DNA of 64,000 nt from Thomasclavelia spiroformis (GCF_018369555.1 NZ_JAGZCC010000002.1); one strand, 5' to 3'; numbered from the stretch's first letter, positions 39,187-50,284 are shown. Numbers and translations: made by a program. The notes: generated by a model from the letters alone, not told the origin.

Positions 39187-39936
39187 ATGAATAATAATTT
39201 ATATGATATGATTTTTAAAAGAAAGTCGTTTCATTTATTTAGAAACATTGGTAATGAACATATTACAGAAGATGAATTAAAAGAAATTGAAATTGAGTTT
39301 AATAATTTTAAACCATTAGTTGAAGATATTAAAGTAAAAATAGTTAAAGATTCTACAACTTGTAAAAGAGGTCAAGAGTATTGCATACTTTTATATTCTG
39401 AAAAGAAAGATAATTATTTACAAAACATAGGATATATTGGCGAACAACTAGATTTATATTTAGTATCTAAAAATATTGGTACACTTTGGTTTGGCATTGG
39501 AAAAGTAGAAGAAAAGCAATTAGATGGACTAGATTTTGTAATAATGATAGCTATCGCAAAGATTGATTCAGAAGAAAAATTTAGAAAAAATATGTATAAA
39601 AGTAAAAGAAAAGAATTATCTGAAATTTGGAATGGAGATTATTATTTAGATGTAGCAAATGTTGTAAGATTTACTCCAAGTGCTTGTAATACTCAGCCGT
39701 GGCTTGTAGAATCTTCTGAAAAAGAACTTAAAGTTTATAGATATAGAAAACCTGGAAAAAGAGGAATAATGCCTGCAAATATGGTTAAATACTATAATCA
39801 GATAGATATTGGTATTTTCTTATGTTTTGTAGAATTATGTTTAAGTAAAAATAATATCAAATTTGAAAAAACATTATATATAGAAGAAGATGTAGATAAT
39901 GAGAAAAATTTAACTGATATATATAAAATCAAATAA
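39187..39936 (+). CDS. Nitroreductase-family protein
   Basis: N-terminal IFKRKSFHLF resembles the nitroreductase R-R-S-x-R-x-F motif. 249 aa. Confidence 0.45.
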   Translation: MNNNLYDMIFKRKSFHLFRNIGNEHITEDELKEIEIEFNNFKPLVEDIKVKIVKDSTTCKRGQEYCILLYSEKKDNYLQNIGYIGEQLDLYLVSKNIGTLWFGIGKVEEKQLDGLDFVIMIAIAKIDSEEKFRKNMYKSKRKELSEIWNGDYYLDVANVVRFTPSACNTQPWLVESSEKELKVYRYRKPGKRGIMPANMVKYYNQIDIGIFLCFVELCLSKNNIKFEKTLYIEEDVDNEKNLTDIYKIK

Positions 39937-39960
39937 ATTAGAATTTACGGAGGCCATCTT

Positions 39961-40389
39961 ATGATTAGAGCATTTAAAGAAAGTGACTTGTCCGCTATTA
40001 TGAAGATATGGCTTGATACAAATATCAAAACACACCACTTTATTTCTGAAGAATATTGGACAAATAATTATGACTTGGTAAAAGAAATGTTACCCAAGGC
40101 AGAAATATATGTGTATGAAGATGAGATTACAAATCGAATTGACGGATTTATCGGATTAACGAATAGTTATATTGCAGGGCTTTTTGTGAAGGATACTGCT
40201 CAATCGAAAGGAATTGGAAAACAATTATTAGACTATGCAAAAAGTATAAAATCAGAAATGAGTTTAAGTGTTTACCAAGAGAATATAGGTGCAGTACATT
40301 TTTATAAGCGTGAACAATTTCAAATTCAATCTAAGAGTGTTGATGATAACACAAATGTAAATGAGTTAATTATGACTTGGAACAAATAG
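39961..40389 (+). CDS. GNAT family N-acetyltransferase
   Basis: 142 aa. Acetyl-CoA motif QSKGIGKQLL. Confidence 0.7.
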   Translation: MIRAFKESDLSAIMKIWLDTNIKTHHFISEEYWTNNYDLVKEMLPKAEIYVYEDEITNRIDGFIGLTNSYIAGLFVKDTAQSKGIGKQLLDYAKSIKSEMSLSVYQENIGAVHFYKREQFQIQSKSVDDNTNVNELIMTWNK

Positions 40390-40804
40390 ACAACTTCCAG
40401 TTTATAGAGCAAATGATAAAAGAAAATTTGTAGTAATGACAAATGTTAATTTGCGTTGTTTGTAGCAACGGTGGTTTTGATATTTAATAGTTGTATCAAA
40501 ACAAAGAGGTACAAGTTATATTGAATGAAAATATTAAAAAATTATGGAAGGCAAAAGGATTATTACAAGAAACAAAACAATTACAAAAATTTCAATATGC
40601 AAAATTTATAAAGCTATAAGAATTTACTGTATATTATATCATTCTAGAGCATCTTGATAGCAAGAAAAAGGGGTATACTTTTATGAGCGTATGCCTTTTT
40701 GATTGGAAAAATTTATTAATTAACAATATCAAAAATCTATATTGTTTTTGTAAAAAAAAGGTTGAAAATGAATTTCAAACCTTAAAAAGTTATTTCGTTA
40801 CAAT

Positions 40805-41332
40805 CTATTTTCTTTTTTCAATTTCTATTACATATGGCGCATTTTGTTTATTCATCATTTTATATAATGCTACATTATATGATTGATGATCTAAATTACT
40901 AACATATTCATCCACTTTAACGCTTTCTTTTTTACCCTCATCATGACCAATGTAAACAACGATATAAAGATGACCATCTTTATTTAAATATTTAACCGCT
41001 TTATCAATAGCGATAAGTGTAGTATCTACCATTGTTGTGATACGATGATCACCTTGAGGTAAATAGCCTAAATTAAATATACCGATATCATAACTGTTAA
41101 TATATTTATCAAAATTTTCATGACTATCTAAAATAAGTTCAACATTATTTATACCTTTAATTAATTCTTTAGTATTTTTTAAAGCTAATTCTTGAATATC
41201 AAAACTATATACTTTTTTAGATACTTTACTTAAAGTTAAAGTATCATTTCCATTACCCATAGTAAAATCAATTGCTGTAGTATAAGTATCATTTAATATT
41301 TTATTTTTTACATACTCAGTCATCGTTTTCAT
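40805..41332 (-). CDS. SAM-dependent methyltransferase, putative rRNA methylase (YtqB-like)
   Basis: DFTMGNGNDT SAM-binding motif. 175 aa. Confidence 0.6.
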   Translation of the reverse strand: MKTMTEYVKNKILNDTYTTAIDFTMGNGNDTLTLSKVSKKVYSFDIQELALKNTKELIKGINNVELILDSHENFDKYINSYDIGIFNLGYLPQGDHRITTMVDTTLIAIDKAVKYLNKDGHLYIVVYIGHDEGKKESVKVDEYVSNLDHQSYNVALYKMMNKQNAPYVIEIEKRK

Positions 41333-41459
41333 ATAAACCTCTTAATTTCATCATTATTTTTAAAATATCTTAAATTTTATCATCTTATATTTTAATACAT
41401 AAGGTAGTTAAACAGTATCAAAGTAATTGTGATTTTTAAAAGAAGGATATTATAGTATA

Positions 41460-42416
41460 TTATTCATAATTTTTTTGAACAATACTAATTTCTCCAGAAT
41501 TTAATGTATATTCTTGCTTGTCACATTTAACAATAAGATTACCTAAGTTATTAATGTCTTTAGCGATTCCGTTATATATTTGACCTTTATATTTAAATTC
41601 AATTTTTTTATTTAAAATGCAAGAAGCATCTTTATATTCATTTAAGACATTATTAAAATCTTCATTCATAATTTTAAATATCTCATTTACAATCATCGCA
41701 ATAACTTTATTGCGATTAATATTTTCAATTCCTAGTGAAGTAGCTTTATCTAAAAGCTCCTCAGGAAATTGTTTAGTAGAAACATTTATCCCAATTCCAA
41801 TAATAATTGCTTCAATCATGCCGCTTTCAAAATCACTAATAGCTTCAGTTAAAATTCCACATATTTTTTTACCTTGATAATAAAGATCATTGACCCATTT
41901 TATCTTTGTATCAATGCCACATAACTTTTTTATTACTCGTTTAACAGCAACAGCACTTTGAATTGTAATTAATGTTGCATCATTAAATGTTTGATTATAT
42001 CTAAGCAATAAACTCATATATATGCCCTGTTTTTCAGGAGAATAAAAATTACGATTAAATCTTCCTCTACCAGCACTTTGATGTTCAGCAACAATTAAAG
42101 CATAATCAACATGATTATCAACAGCAAATTTTTTCATTTGAGTATTTGTCGAATCGATTGTTTTATATGCATAAACATCCATTTTTTTATCTAGATAACA
42201 ACTAATTGCTTCACTAGATAAAATATCATTATTATCTAATAACATGTATCCTTTATTAGTAGAGGCTTCAATATTATAGCCTTCTTCTTTTAGTTTCTTG
42301 ATAACTTTACAAATTGACATTCTGCTAACATTTAATTGTTTAGCTAATTCTTGACCGGAAATATAAGTATTTCTATTTTTTTCTAATATTTTTAAGACAC
42401 CACTTTTTAATATCAT
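41460..42416 (-). CDS. birA: Bifunctional biotin--[acetyl-CoA-carboxylase] ligase and biotin operon repressor
   Basis: N-terminal HTH, central GRGRFNR biotin-binding loop. 318 aa. Confidence 0.8.
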   Translation of the reverse strand: MILKSGVLKILEKNRNTYISGQELAKQLNVSRMSICKVIKKLKEEGYNIEASTNKGYMLLDNNDILSSEAISCYLDKKMDVYAYKTIDSTNTQMKKFAVDNHVDYALIVAEHQSAGRGRFNRNFYSPEKQGIYMSLLLRYNQTFNDATLITIQSAVAVKRVIKKLCGIDTKIKWVNDLYYQGKKICGILTEAISDFESGMIEAIIIGIGINVSTKQFPEELLDKATSLGIENINRNKVIAMIVNEIFKIMNEDFNNVLNEYKDASCILNKKIEFKYKGQIYNGIAKDINNLGNLIVKCDKQEYTLNSGEISIVQKNYE

Positions 42417-42471
42417 TTAAACCACCTCAATTTTAAGATAACAAATCATATAAAAAACAGCATTAAGCTGT

Positions 42472-43419
42472 TTAGTGAAACATATCTTTTTTAATAAAAA
42501 TAATTGTAGCAATAATACATGCAATGATAGCAACAATAGTAGGGAACCACCATTGCGGAATTGGTAATCCAGAAACATTCATACCATAAAAACTAAAAAT
42601 AATATTTGGAATAGACATTACAATAGTAATAACAGTAAGAACTTTCATAACAATATTTAGATTATTTGAAATAACAGACGCAAAAGCATCCATAGTTCCA
42701 GATAAAATATTAGAATAAATGTTACACATTTCAATTGCCTGATGTATTTCGATTAAAACGTCTTCTAATAAATCCTGATCTTCATCATATAGTTTAATAG
42801 TTTTACCACGCATTATTTTATTTAAAGTTATTTCATCTGTTTTTAAAGAAGTAGAAAAGTAAACCAAGGATTTTTCTAATCCTAACATTTGAATTAATTC
42901 TTTATTTTGCATAGATTTATGTAAACTTTGTTCAGTTCTAAGTGAAATGCGATCAATTTGTCTTAAATAGATTAAATAGCGTTGTGAAATTCTTAATAAT
43001 AAAAGCAATAAAAATCTAGTTTTTAAAGTTGTATTAATACCACGCACTTTACCTTGGACCATATCATCGATACATAGATTATCATATAAAGAGATTGTGA
43101 TGACATATCCTTTCATGATAATTATCCCTAAAGGGAGCGTTGTATATTGAAGTACATTTTTATCAAAAGCAACTTTATCATCTTCAGCACTAGGATAATC
43201 GACGATTACTAATTTTTGATTATAATCTTCATCATAATCGATATGTGAACTTTCTTCAGGGTCCAATGAAGAATTTATAAATTCAGGTAAAACACCCATT
43301 TCTTCAATTAAGAATTTTTTTTCTTCTTCATTTGGCGATACTACATTGATCCAACAACCTATTTCAGGAGTTGAGATTTTTTTTGTTACATTATCATAAG
43401 TTTTGTAAAATTCAATCAT
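42472..43419 (-). CDS. corA: CorA family magnesium/cobalt transporter
   Basis: C-terminal YGMN motif (FYGMNVSGLP) and two TM helices. Confidence 0.8.
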   Translation of the reverse strand: MIEFYKTYDNVTKKISTPEIGCWINVVSPNEEEKKFLIEEMGVLPEFINSSLDPEESSHIDYDEDYNQKLVIVDYPSAEDDKVAFDKNVLQYTTLPLGIIIMKGYVITISLYDNLCIDDMVQGKVRGINTTLKTRFLLLLLLRISQRYLIYLRQIDRISLRTEQSLHKSMQNKELIQMLGLEKSLVYFSTSLKTDEITLNKIMRGKTIKLYDEDQDLLEDVLIEIHQAIEMCNIYSNILSGTMDAFASVISNNLNIVMKVLTVITIVMSIPNIIFSFYGMNVSGLPIPQWWFPTIVAIIACIIATIIFIKKDMFH

Positions 43420-43571
43420 ATTAGCCTCCTTGTTTCAGGAGACTAGTTACTATGTCTCCTGAATTTATTATTTAATTGTTTAAAATATTCCTGCTCGGGC
43501 TCAGGGGACATAATAACACCTTCTTTCAGCAAAATATTATAGCACAAATTATTCATTTTTTCTAAAAAAAT

Positions 43572-44930
43572 TTAATTATTTAAGTTAGTAATTGAATATT
43601 TTGTATTAGCAGATATCTTTTTGTTTTTTAATAAAATAAAATAAATAAAACATAACGAGATAATAGTTAAAATGATTTGAGCTATTGGATAGGCAAGCCA
43701 TATACCTGTTAATTTTAAAATATTGGAAAAATAAATTAGACATCCTGGAATTATTATACATGGTTCAAGATAGACAATGATTGATGAAAATAAAGTTCTT
43801 TCTGTAGCATAAAATAAAGCACATGATAAACGATTATTTCCAATAAAAGGAAATGATAATGCAGTTATTATTAATGCTTTACGACATTCATCATAGATAC
43901 CATTGTCAACATTAAATAATGAGGTTAATGTATTTGGAAAAATAATTACTAGGATGGTTAATGTAATAGAGATAATAAAAGATATAGAAATTGCTTTTTT
44001 ATAAATATATTTAATTAATAGCGGTTCTTTACAACCGTGATAATAACTTAATAATGGTTGGATACCATCTCCAATTCCTTGTAAGAATAATTGGATTGAT
44101 GATAGTACATAACTGATGATAGAAAAGATGGTTAATGCATCATTACCACCGTAGTGAATACACATCCAGTTAGTAATCACAGTAATGATACAAGGGATGA
44201 GAGTTTGACCAAAAGGAGAAATCCCGATTGTTAAAATTTTTTTAATAGTTATTAAATTAGGAATATAATCAGTTAAGTTCAATTCTTTTAGCTTAAAATA
44301 GATCAGCATAATAGCCCCGCTAAATGCAACGAATCCTTGAGCAATAATTGTTGCTAATGCAGCCCCATGCAAACCAAGTTGCATTTTATATACAAATACG
44401 TAGTCTAAAATAATATTAACAATTAAGCCACTACTCATACTAATAGTTGCATAAATAGTTTTACCTTGGTTTCTTAATAGAGGATTAATGCCATTTCCAA
44501 TTATCGGTAGAATCCCGCCAATTAAAATAACATGAATATATTCATAAGCACCATTGTAAACATTTCCTTTAGCCCCTAAAAAAAATAATAAGTCACTTAC
44601 AAAATAATTTAAAATAATTGGTAAAATTATGCCACTAGCTAGTAATAAAGAACAAGTAACGCCAATTGTTTTATGCATTTGTTTTATTTTATTTTGACCA
44701 TTATAGTATGAATAGCTAACGGCACCGCCAATTCCAAGTCCAATTGCAGTAGCGTTTAAAATTACTTGAATTGGATAAGCAATATTAATTGCCGCCAAAG
44801 CACTGTCATTTACAGCATTTGCCACAAATAAACCATCAATGATCGAATAAAAACCACTAAGTAACATTGTAATCATTGATGGTATTACATATTTATAAAA
44901 TTTTTGATTAATTATTTTTTTATTCATCAT
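43572..44930 (-). CDS. MATE family efflux transporter
   Basis: 12-TM protein with MATE features. The start was chosen at MMNKK (RBS AGGAAG) rather than the upstream MRYK. Confidence 0.7.
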   Translation of the reverse strand: MMNKKIINQKFYKYVIPSMITMLLSGFYSIIDGLFVANAVNDSALAAINIAYPIQVILNATAIGLGIGGAVSYSYYNGQNKIKQMHKTIGVTCSLLLASGIILPIILNYFVSDLLFFLGAKGNVYNGAYEYIHVILIGGILPIIGNGINPLLRNQGKTIYATISMSSGLIVNIILDYVFVYKMQLGLHGAALATIIAQGFVAFSGAIMLIYFKLKELNLTDYIPNLITIKKILTIGISPFGQTLIPCIITVITNWMCIHYGGNDALTIFSIISYVLSSIQLFLQGIGDGIQPLLSYYHGCKEPLLIKYIYKKAISISFIISITLTILVIIFPNTLTSLFNVDNGIYDECRKALIITALSFPFIGNNRLSCALFYATERTLFSSIIVYLEPCIIIPGCLIYFSNILKLTGIWLAYPIAQIILTIISLCFIYFILLKNKKISANTKYSITNLNN

Positions 44931-44983
44931 ACCACTTCCTTTATATCGCAAGTATAAAGGTTGGTGTTAGACAAAGGTCAAGA

Positions 44984-45763
44984 TTATTTATTAATTATTG
45001 GTAAATAAATTTCAGCATAATAATTTTTTTTATCGTGATAAAAAGTTAAGGGGATTTCTTTAACTAGAAAATATGATTCATAGCTTAAGTTATAAATTTT
45101 AGCATATTCATGAAGTCTTTCGACTATATTTTTATTGATGGTTTTATTGTCCATAGCACAGGTCATATGAATGCATTTAGTTAAATTAATAGTTTGAAGA
45201 TCTAACGATAATTGTAATTCTTTAGCAATGTCGGTTTCTAAAGTTACATAGGTAGCTTGTTGGTTTAATGCATGGTCATATTTTTTAAAAATAGAACATA
45301 AAACAAATTCATCGGTAGTAATGTGTCTAATTTTGTGAGTAAAAAATTCATCACTATTCTTGCTTTCAAATAAGATGTATGAAATGGGAAATGTCATTAT
45401 TTCGATATTTTTATCTTTTTTGATTTGATGGTATAGTGATTGAATATAGTTGATTTTTTTTAGTAATTGTTGTTCGTATAAGATTCTTCTTTCAACTTTG
45501 GTTTTTTGCATTTCTACTAATTGATATGCTTGAATTGGATCTGGATTTTGGTATAATTTTTGGATTTCAATAATTGAAAAATCTAAGTGACGATAGTAAA
45601 TGATATCTAAAAGTTCTAGAACATTTTTTAAAGTATATACACGATAATTATTATGGGGATTAGTAGTGGGGTGAACTAATCCTTTTTTTTCATAGAAACG
45701 AATGGCATCATTTGTTAGACCTAATAATTTACTTATTTGTGAGATTGTGTATGTTTTATTCAT
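44984..45763 (-). CDS. MerR family transcriptional regulator with a C-terminal effector-binding domain (BmrR/TipA-like)
   Basis: N-terminal YTISQISKLLGLTNDAIRFYEKKGL MerR HTH. Adjacent to the MATE pump. Confidence 0.75.
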   Translation of the reverse strand: MNKTYTISQISKLLGLTNDAIRFYEKKGLVHPTTNPHNNYRVYTLKNVLELLDIIYYRHLDFSIIEIQKLYQNPDPIQAYQLVEMQKTKVERRILYEQQLLKKINYIQSLYHQIKKDKNIEIMTFPISYILFESKNSDEFFTHKIRHITTDEFVLCSIFKKYDHALNQQATYVTLETDIAKELQLSLDLQTINLTKCIHMTCAMDNKTINKNIVERLHEYAKIYNLSYESYFLVKEIPLTFYHDKKNYYAEIYLPIINK

Positions 45764-45822
45764 ATTAAACTCCTTTTAAAATATAATAATTAAAAAACAT
45801 GATTCTATTGTGAAACATGTTT

Positions 45823-46653
45823 TTAGTTACTGTTAATTAACAGTTTTATTTTTTTATTATTACCTTGGATATCACCTAAATAGAAAGAAACGACAAACCC
45901 AATTATAGCAAAAATAATACAGATTAAAGAATGAATATTCATTTGTAATGTGCAACTTTCATTAAGGACATTAGGGATAATTGATAAAAATAAACCAAAA
46001 ATAATCGAAAATGTCATGGTATAAAATTTTGTAATTAATTTGTTTATTATAAATGAAATTACTATTACACCAATAATTAATCCAAAACCAGCAGGAATAA
46101 GAATAGAAAGATCAAAATTAGCTAAAGAACTTACATATAATTCATATAATCCTAGAGTAGATAAAATAACAGCACTATCAACTCCAGGAACAATTGATGA
46201 TCCTGCAACAGCGATTCCTAGTATTATTGATTGAAATAAATTTGGATTAGTAATTGGTAGAAATAGATTGCTATTAAAAGAAAATATACTTAAACCTAGA
46301 ATTGTAGTGATAATAATAACAAGATAATATTTATTTGAAAAACCCTCTTTTTTTACTTCTTTATAAAATAGTGGAATTGTACCTATTACTAAACCTAAAA
46401 ATGTAAATCTTGTCCAAGCTTCAAAATTATTTAATAAAAAATCAACTATTTTACTAAAAATTATTGCTCCCATTCCAAATCCTATACATAATGGAAGTAA
46501 AAATAAAATATTTTTTTTAAAATTTTTAAACAATGTTGCAAAGGCATTAATAGTCTTTTGATATAATCCCAAAATAACCAATAATACACTTCCGCTTAAA
46601 CCTGGGGCAATTCCACCGATACCGACAATTAATCCTTTTAAAAAAGTAATCAT
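45823..46653 (-). CDS. DUF368 family membrane protein (PopT-like candidate undecaprenyl-phosphate translocase)
   Basis: Polytopic. N-terminal GIAPGLSGS motif typical of DUF368. Confidence 0.55.
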   Translation of the reverse strand: MITFLKGLIVGIGGIAPGLSGSVLLVILGLYQKTINAFATLFKNFKKNILFLLPLCIGFGMGAIIFSKIVDFLLNNFEAWTRFTFLGLVIGTIPLFYKEVKKEGFSNKYYLVIIITTILGLSIFSFNSNLFLPITNPNLFQSIILGIAVAGSSIVPGVDSAVILSTLGLYELYVSSLANFDLSILIPAGFGLIIGVIVISFIINKLITKFYTMTFSIIFGLFLSIIPNVLNESCTLQMNIHSLICIIFAIIGFVVSFYLGDIQGNNKKIKLLINSN

Positions 46654-46879
46654 TTATTTTCCTCCACTTTATTTTAAATATCTAAATTTAGCTTATATGA
46701 TAGCTTAGATTAATTAATTTTACAACATATCAATCTTAATATTGTATTAAGTTATTTTAATGTTTATGTTAAGATTTTACTAATATATTATTATCCAAAA
46801 ATATTTAATCATAAAAATGTAATATTGACAAAATATTTATCATATGATAAATTATTGTTATATAATCAAACTATTGATT

Positions 46880-47106
46880 GGGAGATAAAACATTGAACGT
46901 GCTTATAGAGAGTCTAGGATGGTGGAATCTAGATAGAAATACGGCTTTGGTAAATGGACCCATGAAGGCAAAAGGGAAAGATGATTCAAGTATCTTTTGA
47001 CGTTTAGCTTACGTTATAAAGCTAGAATGTGATAGCATTTTTTAACCGTAAGGTGGCATAGCAGATTTTTACATCTGTCCTTTTAGGGCAGATGTTTTTT
47101 GTTTAA
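46880..47106 (+). promoter_or_regulatory. Structured 5' leader with T-box-like features (Stem I with AGAGAG, candidate UGGA specifier, AAGGTGGCA T-box-like sequence) ending in an intrinsic terminator (47071-47101)
   Basis: Long-range pairing GAACGT (46895) with ACGTTT (47001). Terminator CATCTGTCC..GGGCAGATG plus T6. Upstream -35 TTGACA at 46825. Confidence 0.4.
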
Positions 47107-47198
47107 AGGGGGATAATATTATGAAATTAGATAGACGATGGTGTGGCTATAATTAAATTTATAAACAAATATATAATTATAGAAAAGGGGTAAGTAAA

Positions 47199-48176
47199 AT
47201 GAAAAAAATATTTAAGTTGATGATTGTGTGTGTGTTAACGTTAGGAGTTTTAACTGGATGTGGTAATAGTAGTGATGGTAATTTAAAGGAAGTAGCGATT
47301 ATTCAATATGTTGAACATACTTCTTTAAATATAATCAAAGATGCTTTTGATAAGCAGATGGAAAAATTAGGGTATAAACAAGGTGAAAATATTAATTATA
47401 CATTTAAAAATGCTCAGGGTGATGCAAATATTGCCCCTTCAATTATTCAAGGTTTTCAAGCTAGTAAAAAAGATTGTGTGGTAGCAATTGCTACTCCTGT
47501 TGCAATGTCAGCAGCAGTGATGGCTAAAGATACACCGGTTGTTTTTGCGGCAGTAACTGATCCCATCAGTGCAGGGTTAACTTCATCATTAAAAAAACCA
47601 GATAAAAATATTACTGGTACTAGTGATGAGATTCAAGTAGATAAGATTTTAAGTAAGGCATTAGAAATTAATCCAGAAATGAAAACATTAGGGGTCATTT
47701 ATAATAAAGGTGAAGCTAACTCGGTTACAAATATAAATAAAGCTAAGTCATTTTGTGAAAAAAATAATATTACTTTAGTAGAAGGAACAATTAGTGCTGT
47801 TAATGAAATTCAAAGTGCAATTGATGTTCTAGTAAGTAAAAGCGATGCAATTTTTGCACCTAATGATAATATGGTAGCAAGTGCGATGGATATTGTTTCA
47901 AAAACATGTATAGATGCTAAAGTACCATTGTATGTAGGGGCTGATTCAATGGTACAAGATGGTGGATTTTTAAGTGTTGGAATTAATTATGAGACTTTAG
48001 GTAAGGAAACTGCTAATATGGTTGATAAGGTTTTAAAAGGTAATAAAGTAGAAGATATTCCAGTTAAGGTTTTTAAAGATAATTTGAGTATTTATGTAAA
48101 TAAAGATGTATTAAATCAACTTGAAATTAATTTACCTAATAGTATAAAAAATGATAAATCATATATAGAAATGTAG
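47199..48176 (+). CDS. ABC transporter substrate-binding lipoprotein (COG2984 family)
   Basis: Lipobox LTGC. 325 aa. Confidence 0.75.
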   Translation: MKKIFKLMIVCVLTLGVLTGCGNSSDGNLKEVAIIQYVEHTSLNIIKDAFDKQMEKLGYKQGENINYTFKNAQGDANIAPSIIQGFQASKKDCVVAIATPVAMSAAVMAKDTPVVFAAVTDPISAGLTSSLKKPDKNITGTSDEIQVDKILSKALEINPEMKTLGVIYNKGEANSVTNINKAKSFCEKNNITLVEGTISAVNEIQSAIDVLVSKSDAIFAPNDNMVASAMDIVSKTCIDAKVPLYVGADSMVQDGGFLSVGINYETLGKETANMVDKVLKGNKVEDIPVKVFKDNLSIYVNKDVLNQLEINLPNSIKNDKSYIEM

Positions 48177-48185
48177 AGGGTATTT

Positions 48186-49055
48186 ATGAGTCAAGTAGTT
48201 ATTTTAGGAGCATTAGAATTAGGGGGAATATTTGCGGTTTTATCACTAGGTTTATATATTAGTTATAAAGTGTTAAATATTCCAGATTTAACAGTTGATG
48301 GAAGTTTTACTTTAGGAACAGCTATAAGTGCTGTATTTACGATGAATTCAATGCCGTATTTTGGTATTTTAGCTTCATTTGTTTTTGGAATTATTGCGGG
48401 AATGGTGACGGGGTTATTAATTACAAAGTTGAAAATTATGCCATTATTATCTGGAATTCTTACAATGACAGGTCTGTATTCAATTAATCTAATGATTATG
48501 AATAATACGCCAACTATTTCTTTGTTTGATCAAACTACTATTTTTAGTAGTTTGAATAATATTACACCATATGGTAAGTTGATTGTTATTTACGTGATTG
48601 TAATTTTAATAGTTATTGTTTTAAACTTATTTTTAAAAACACAATTAGGATTATCACTTCGTGCTTGTGGTGATAATGAAGCAATGGTTAGAGCTAGTTC
48701 AATTGATACTGATAAAATGAAAGTATTAGGGTTAGCACTTGCAAACGGGTTTGTTTCAATGAGTGGAGCAATATTTGCACAGCACCAAAGCTTTGCCGAT
48801 GTTAATAGTGGTATTGGGATGATGGTTATTGGTCTGGCTAGTATTATTGTTGGAACGACTTTTATTAAAAAGGAAAAGATTATTTTTCAATTAATAGCAG
48901 TTGTTTTTGGGGCTATTTTCTATCGTGCAATTTTAACTGTTGCTTTACAGTTAGGCCTACCTTCAGGATATTTAAAATTACTTTCAGCTATACTAGTTAT
49001 CATTGCGATTGCTTCAACAAATGGGGCATTTAAAAGGAAAAAAAGGAGAAAATAG
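48186..49055 (+). CDS. ABC transporter permease (COG4120 family)
   Basis: Polytopic, 289 aa, follows the SBP gene. Confidence 0.75.
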   Translation: MSQVVILGALELGGIFAVLSLGLYISYKVLNIPDLTVDGSFTLGTAISAVFTMNSMPYFGILASFVFGIIAGMVTGLLITKLKIMPLLSGILTMTGLYSINLMIMNNTPTISLFDQTTIFSSLNNITPYGKLIVIYVIVILIVIVLNLFLKTQLGLSLRACGDNEAMVRASSIDTDKMKVLGLALANGFVSMSGAIFAQHQSFADVNSGIGMMVIGLASIIVGTTFIKKEKIIFQLIAVVFGAIFYRAILTVALQLGLPSGYLKLLSAILVIIAIASTNGAFKRKKRRK

Positions 49056-49057
49056 TT

Positions 49058-49843
49058 ATGTTGGAACTAAAGAATGTTTCGGTTGTTTTTAATGAAGGAA
49101 CTGTTAATGAAAAAGTTGCTCTCAATGATATTAGTTTAAAATTAAATACTGGTGATTTTGTTACAATTATTGGGAGTAATGGAGCAGGAAAATCAACATT
49201 ATTTCAGGCTATTTCAGGAGCAATAGAAACAAAAAGTGGATCAATTTTATTAAATGATCGAAATATTACATTTGAACCTGAGTATAAACGTTCTCGGGTG
49301 ATTGGAAGATTATTTCAAGACCCATTAAAAGGAACCGCTCCTAATATGACAATTGAAGAAAATCTTCATCTTTCTAATCAACGTGGTAAGCATTTTAGCT
49401 TGAATTTAATGTCGCATCGCTATCGTGATACTTTTAAAAAGGCTTTAAAAGAATTGGATTTAGGGTTAGAAGATCGTTTGGAAACAAAAGTAGGATTATT
49501 ATCGGGTGGACAAAGACAGGCACTTACTTTATTAATGGCTACTTTAGTAACTCCTGAGCTACTTTTATTAGATGAACATACGGCTGCTTTGGACCCTAAA
49601 ACAGCCAAAAAAGTATTAGAATTATCTAAAAAAATAGTAAATGAGCATAATATTACAACATTAATGATTACTCATAATATGGAAGATGCATTAAAATATG
49701 GTAATAAAACAATGATTATGAAGGATGGAAGAATTATTGCTTTGATTGAAGGTGAAAAAAGAGAAAAGATGACGATAGATGAATTAATTCACCTATATTC
49801 TACTTCATCTAATGAATATAGTGATAAAGTATTATTAAGATAG
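49058..49843 (+). CDS. ABC transporter ATP-binding protein (COG1101 family)
   Basis: Walker A GSNGAGKST, signature LSGGQRQ, Walker B LLLDE. Confidence 0.85.
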   Translation: MLELKNVSVVFNEGTVNEKVALNDISLKLNTGDFVTIIGSNGAGKSTLFQAISGAIETKSGSILLNDRNITFEPEYKRSRVIGRLFQDPLKGTAPNMTIEENLHLSNQRGKHFSLNLMSHRYRDTFKKALKELDLGLEDRLETKVGLLSGGQRQALTLLMATLVTPELLLLDEHTAALDPKTAKKVLELSKKIVNEHNITTLMITHNMEDALKYGNKTMIMKDGRIIALIEGEKREKMTIDELIHLYSTSSNEYSDKVLLR

Positions 49844-49854
49844 GATGACTTTTT

Positions 49855-49906
49855 CCAGAAGATAGATAAAATTATGGTTTATCTGCTTCTGGTTTTATTT
49901 TTATAA
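49855..49906 (+). terminator. Intrinsic terminator CCAGAAG..CTTCTGG plus T-run
   Basis: 7-bp stem with an inner AGATAAA..TTATCT hairpin, then TTTTATTTTT. Confidence 0.55.
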
Positions 49907-50284
49907 GTAAGATAGTTGAAAATGTCTGTTGGATTGATACTTTAAAAGATGATGAAAGCTATGCATAGATGTCTTAAAAAAGTCTGAGTAAAATTTAGAA
50001 AATGAATGATTTTAGAAATATCATGTTTTTTTTTGATTGCTACAGTTAGGTTATCACGGAGTTTTTAATGGTTGAAGCTTTGTTTTATACATGAAATGAT
50101 GTAGATAGATAACTATTATTTTATAATAAAAAATCGATTTTAATAATTTTTTTATTTTGTTTGATGAAAAGTATTATTAAGTTAAAGATGATACTACATT
50201 AATTTAATGTTGATAAGCTTGTCTCTGTCTTTTGTTATAGCCTATAATATTAACAAAGAATTATTTTTGATTAGGGGGATAGTA

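Noticed and set aside
40683-40886. 67-aa plus-strand ORF overlapping the 3' end of the minus-strand methyltransferase, and 41617-41877 inside birA
   Set aside because: Antisense overlaps, hydrophobic low-complexity products. Inverted repeats at 40757-40790 are better explained as a terminator.
46825-46866. Alternative interpretation of the leader at 46880-47106 as a glycine, lysine, SAM or purine riboswitch
   Set aside because: The sequence lacks the hallmark conserved cores of those classes. The Stem I/specifier/T-box-like arrangement with a terminator fits a T-box better. It is still kept as a moderate-confidence call only.
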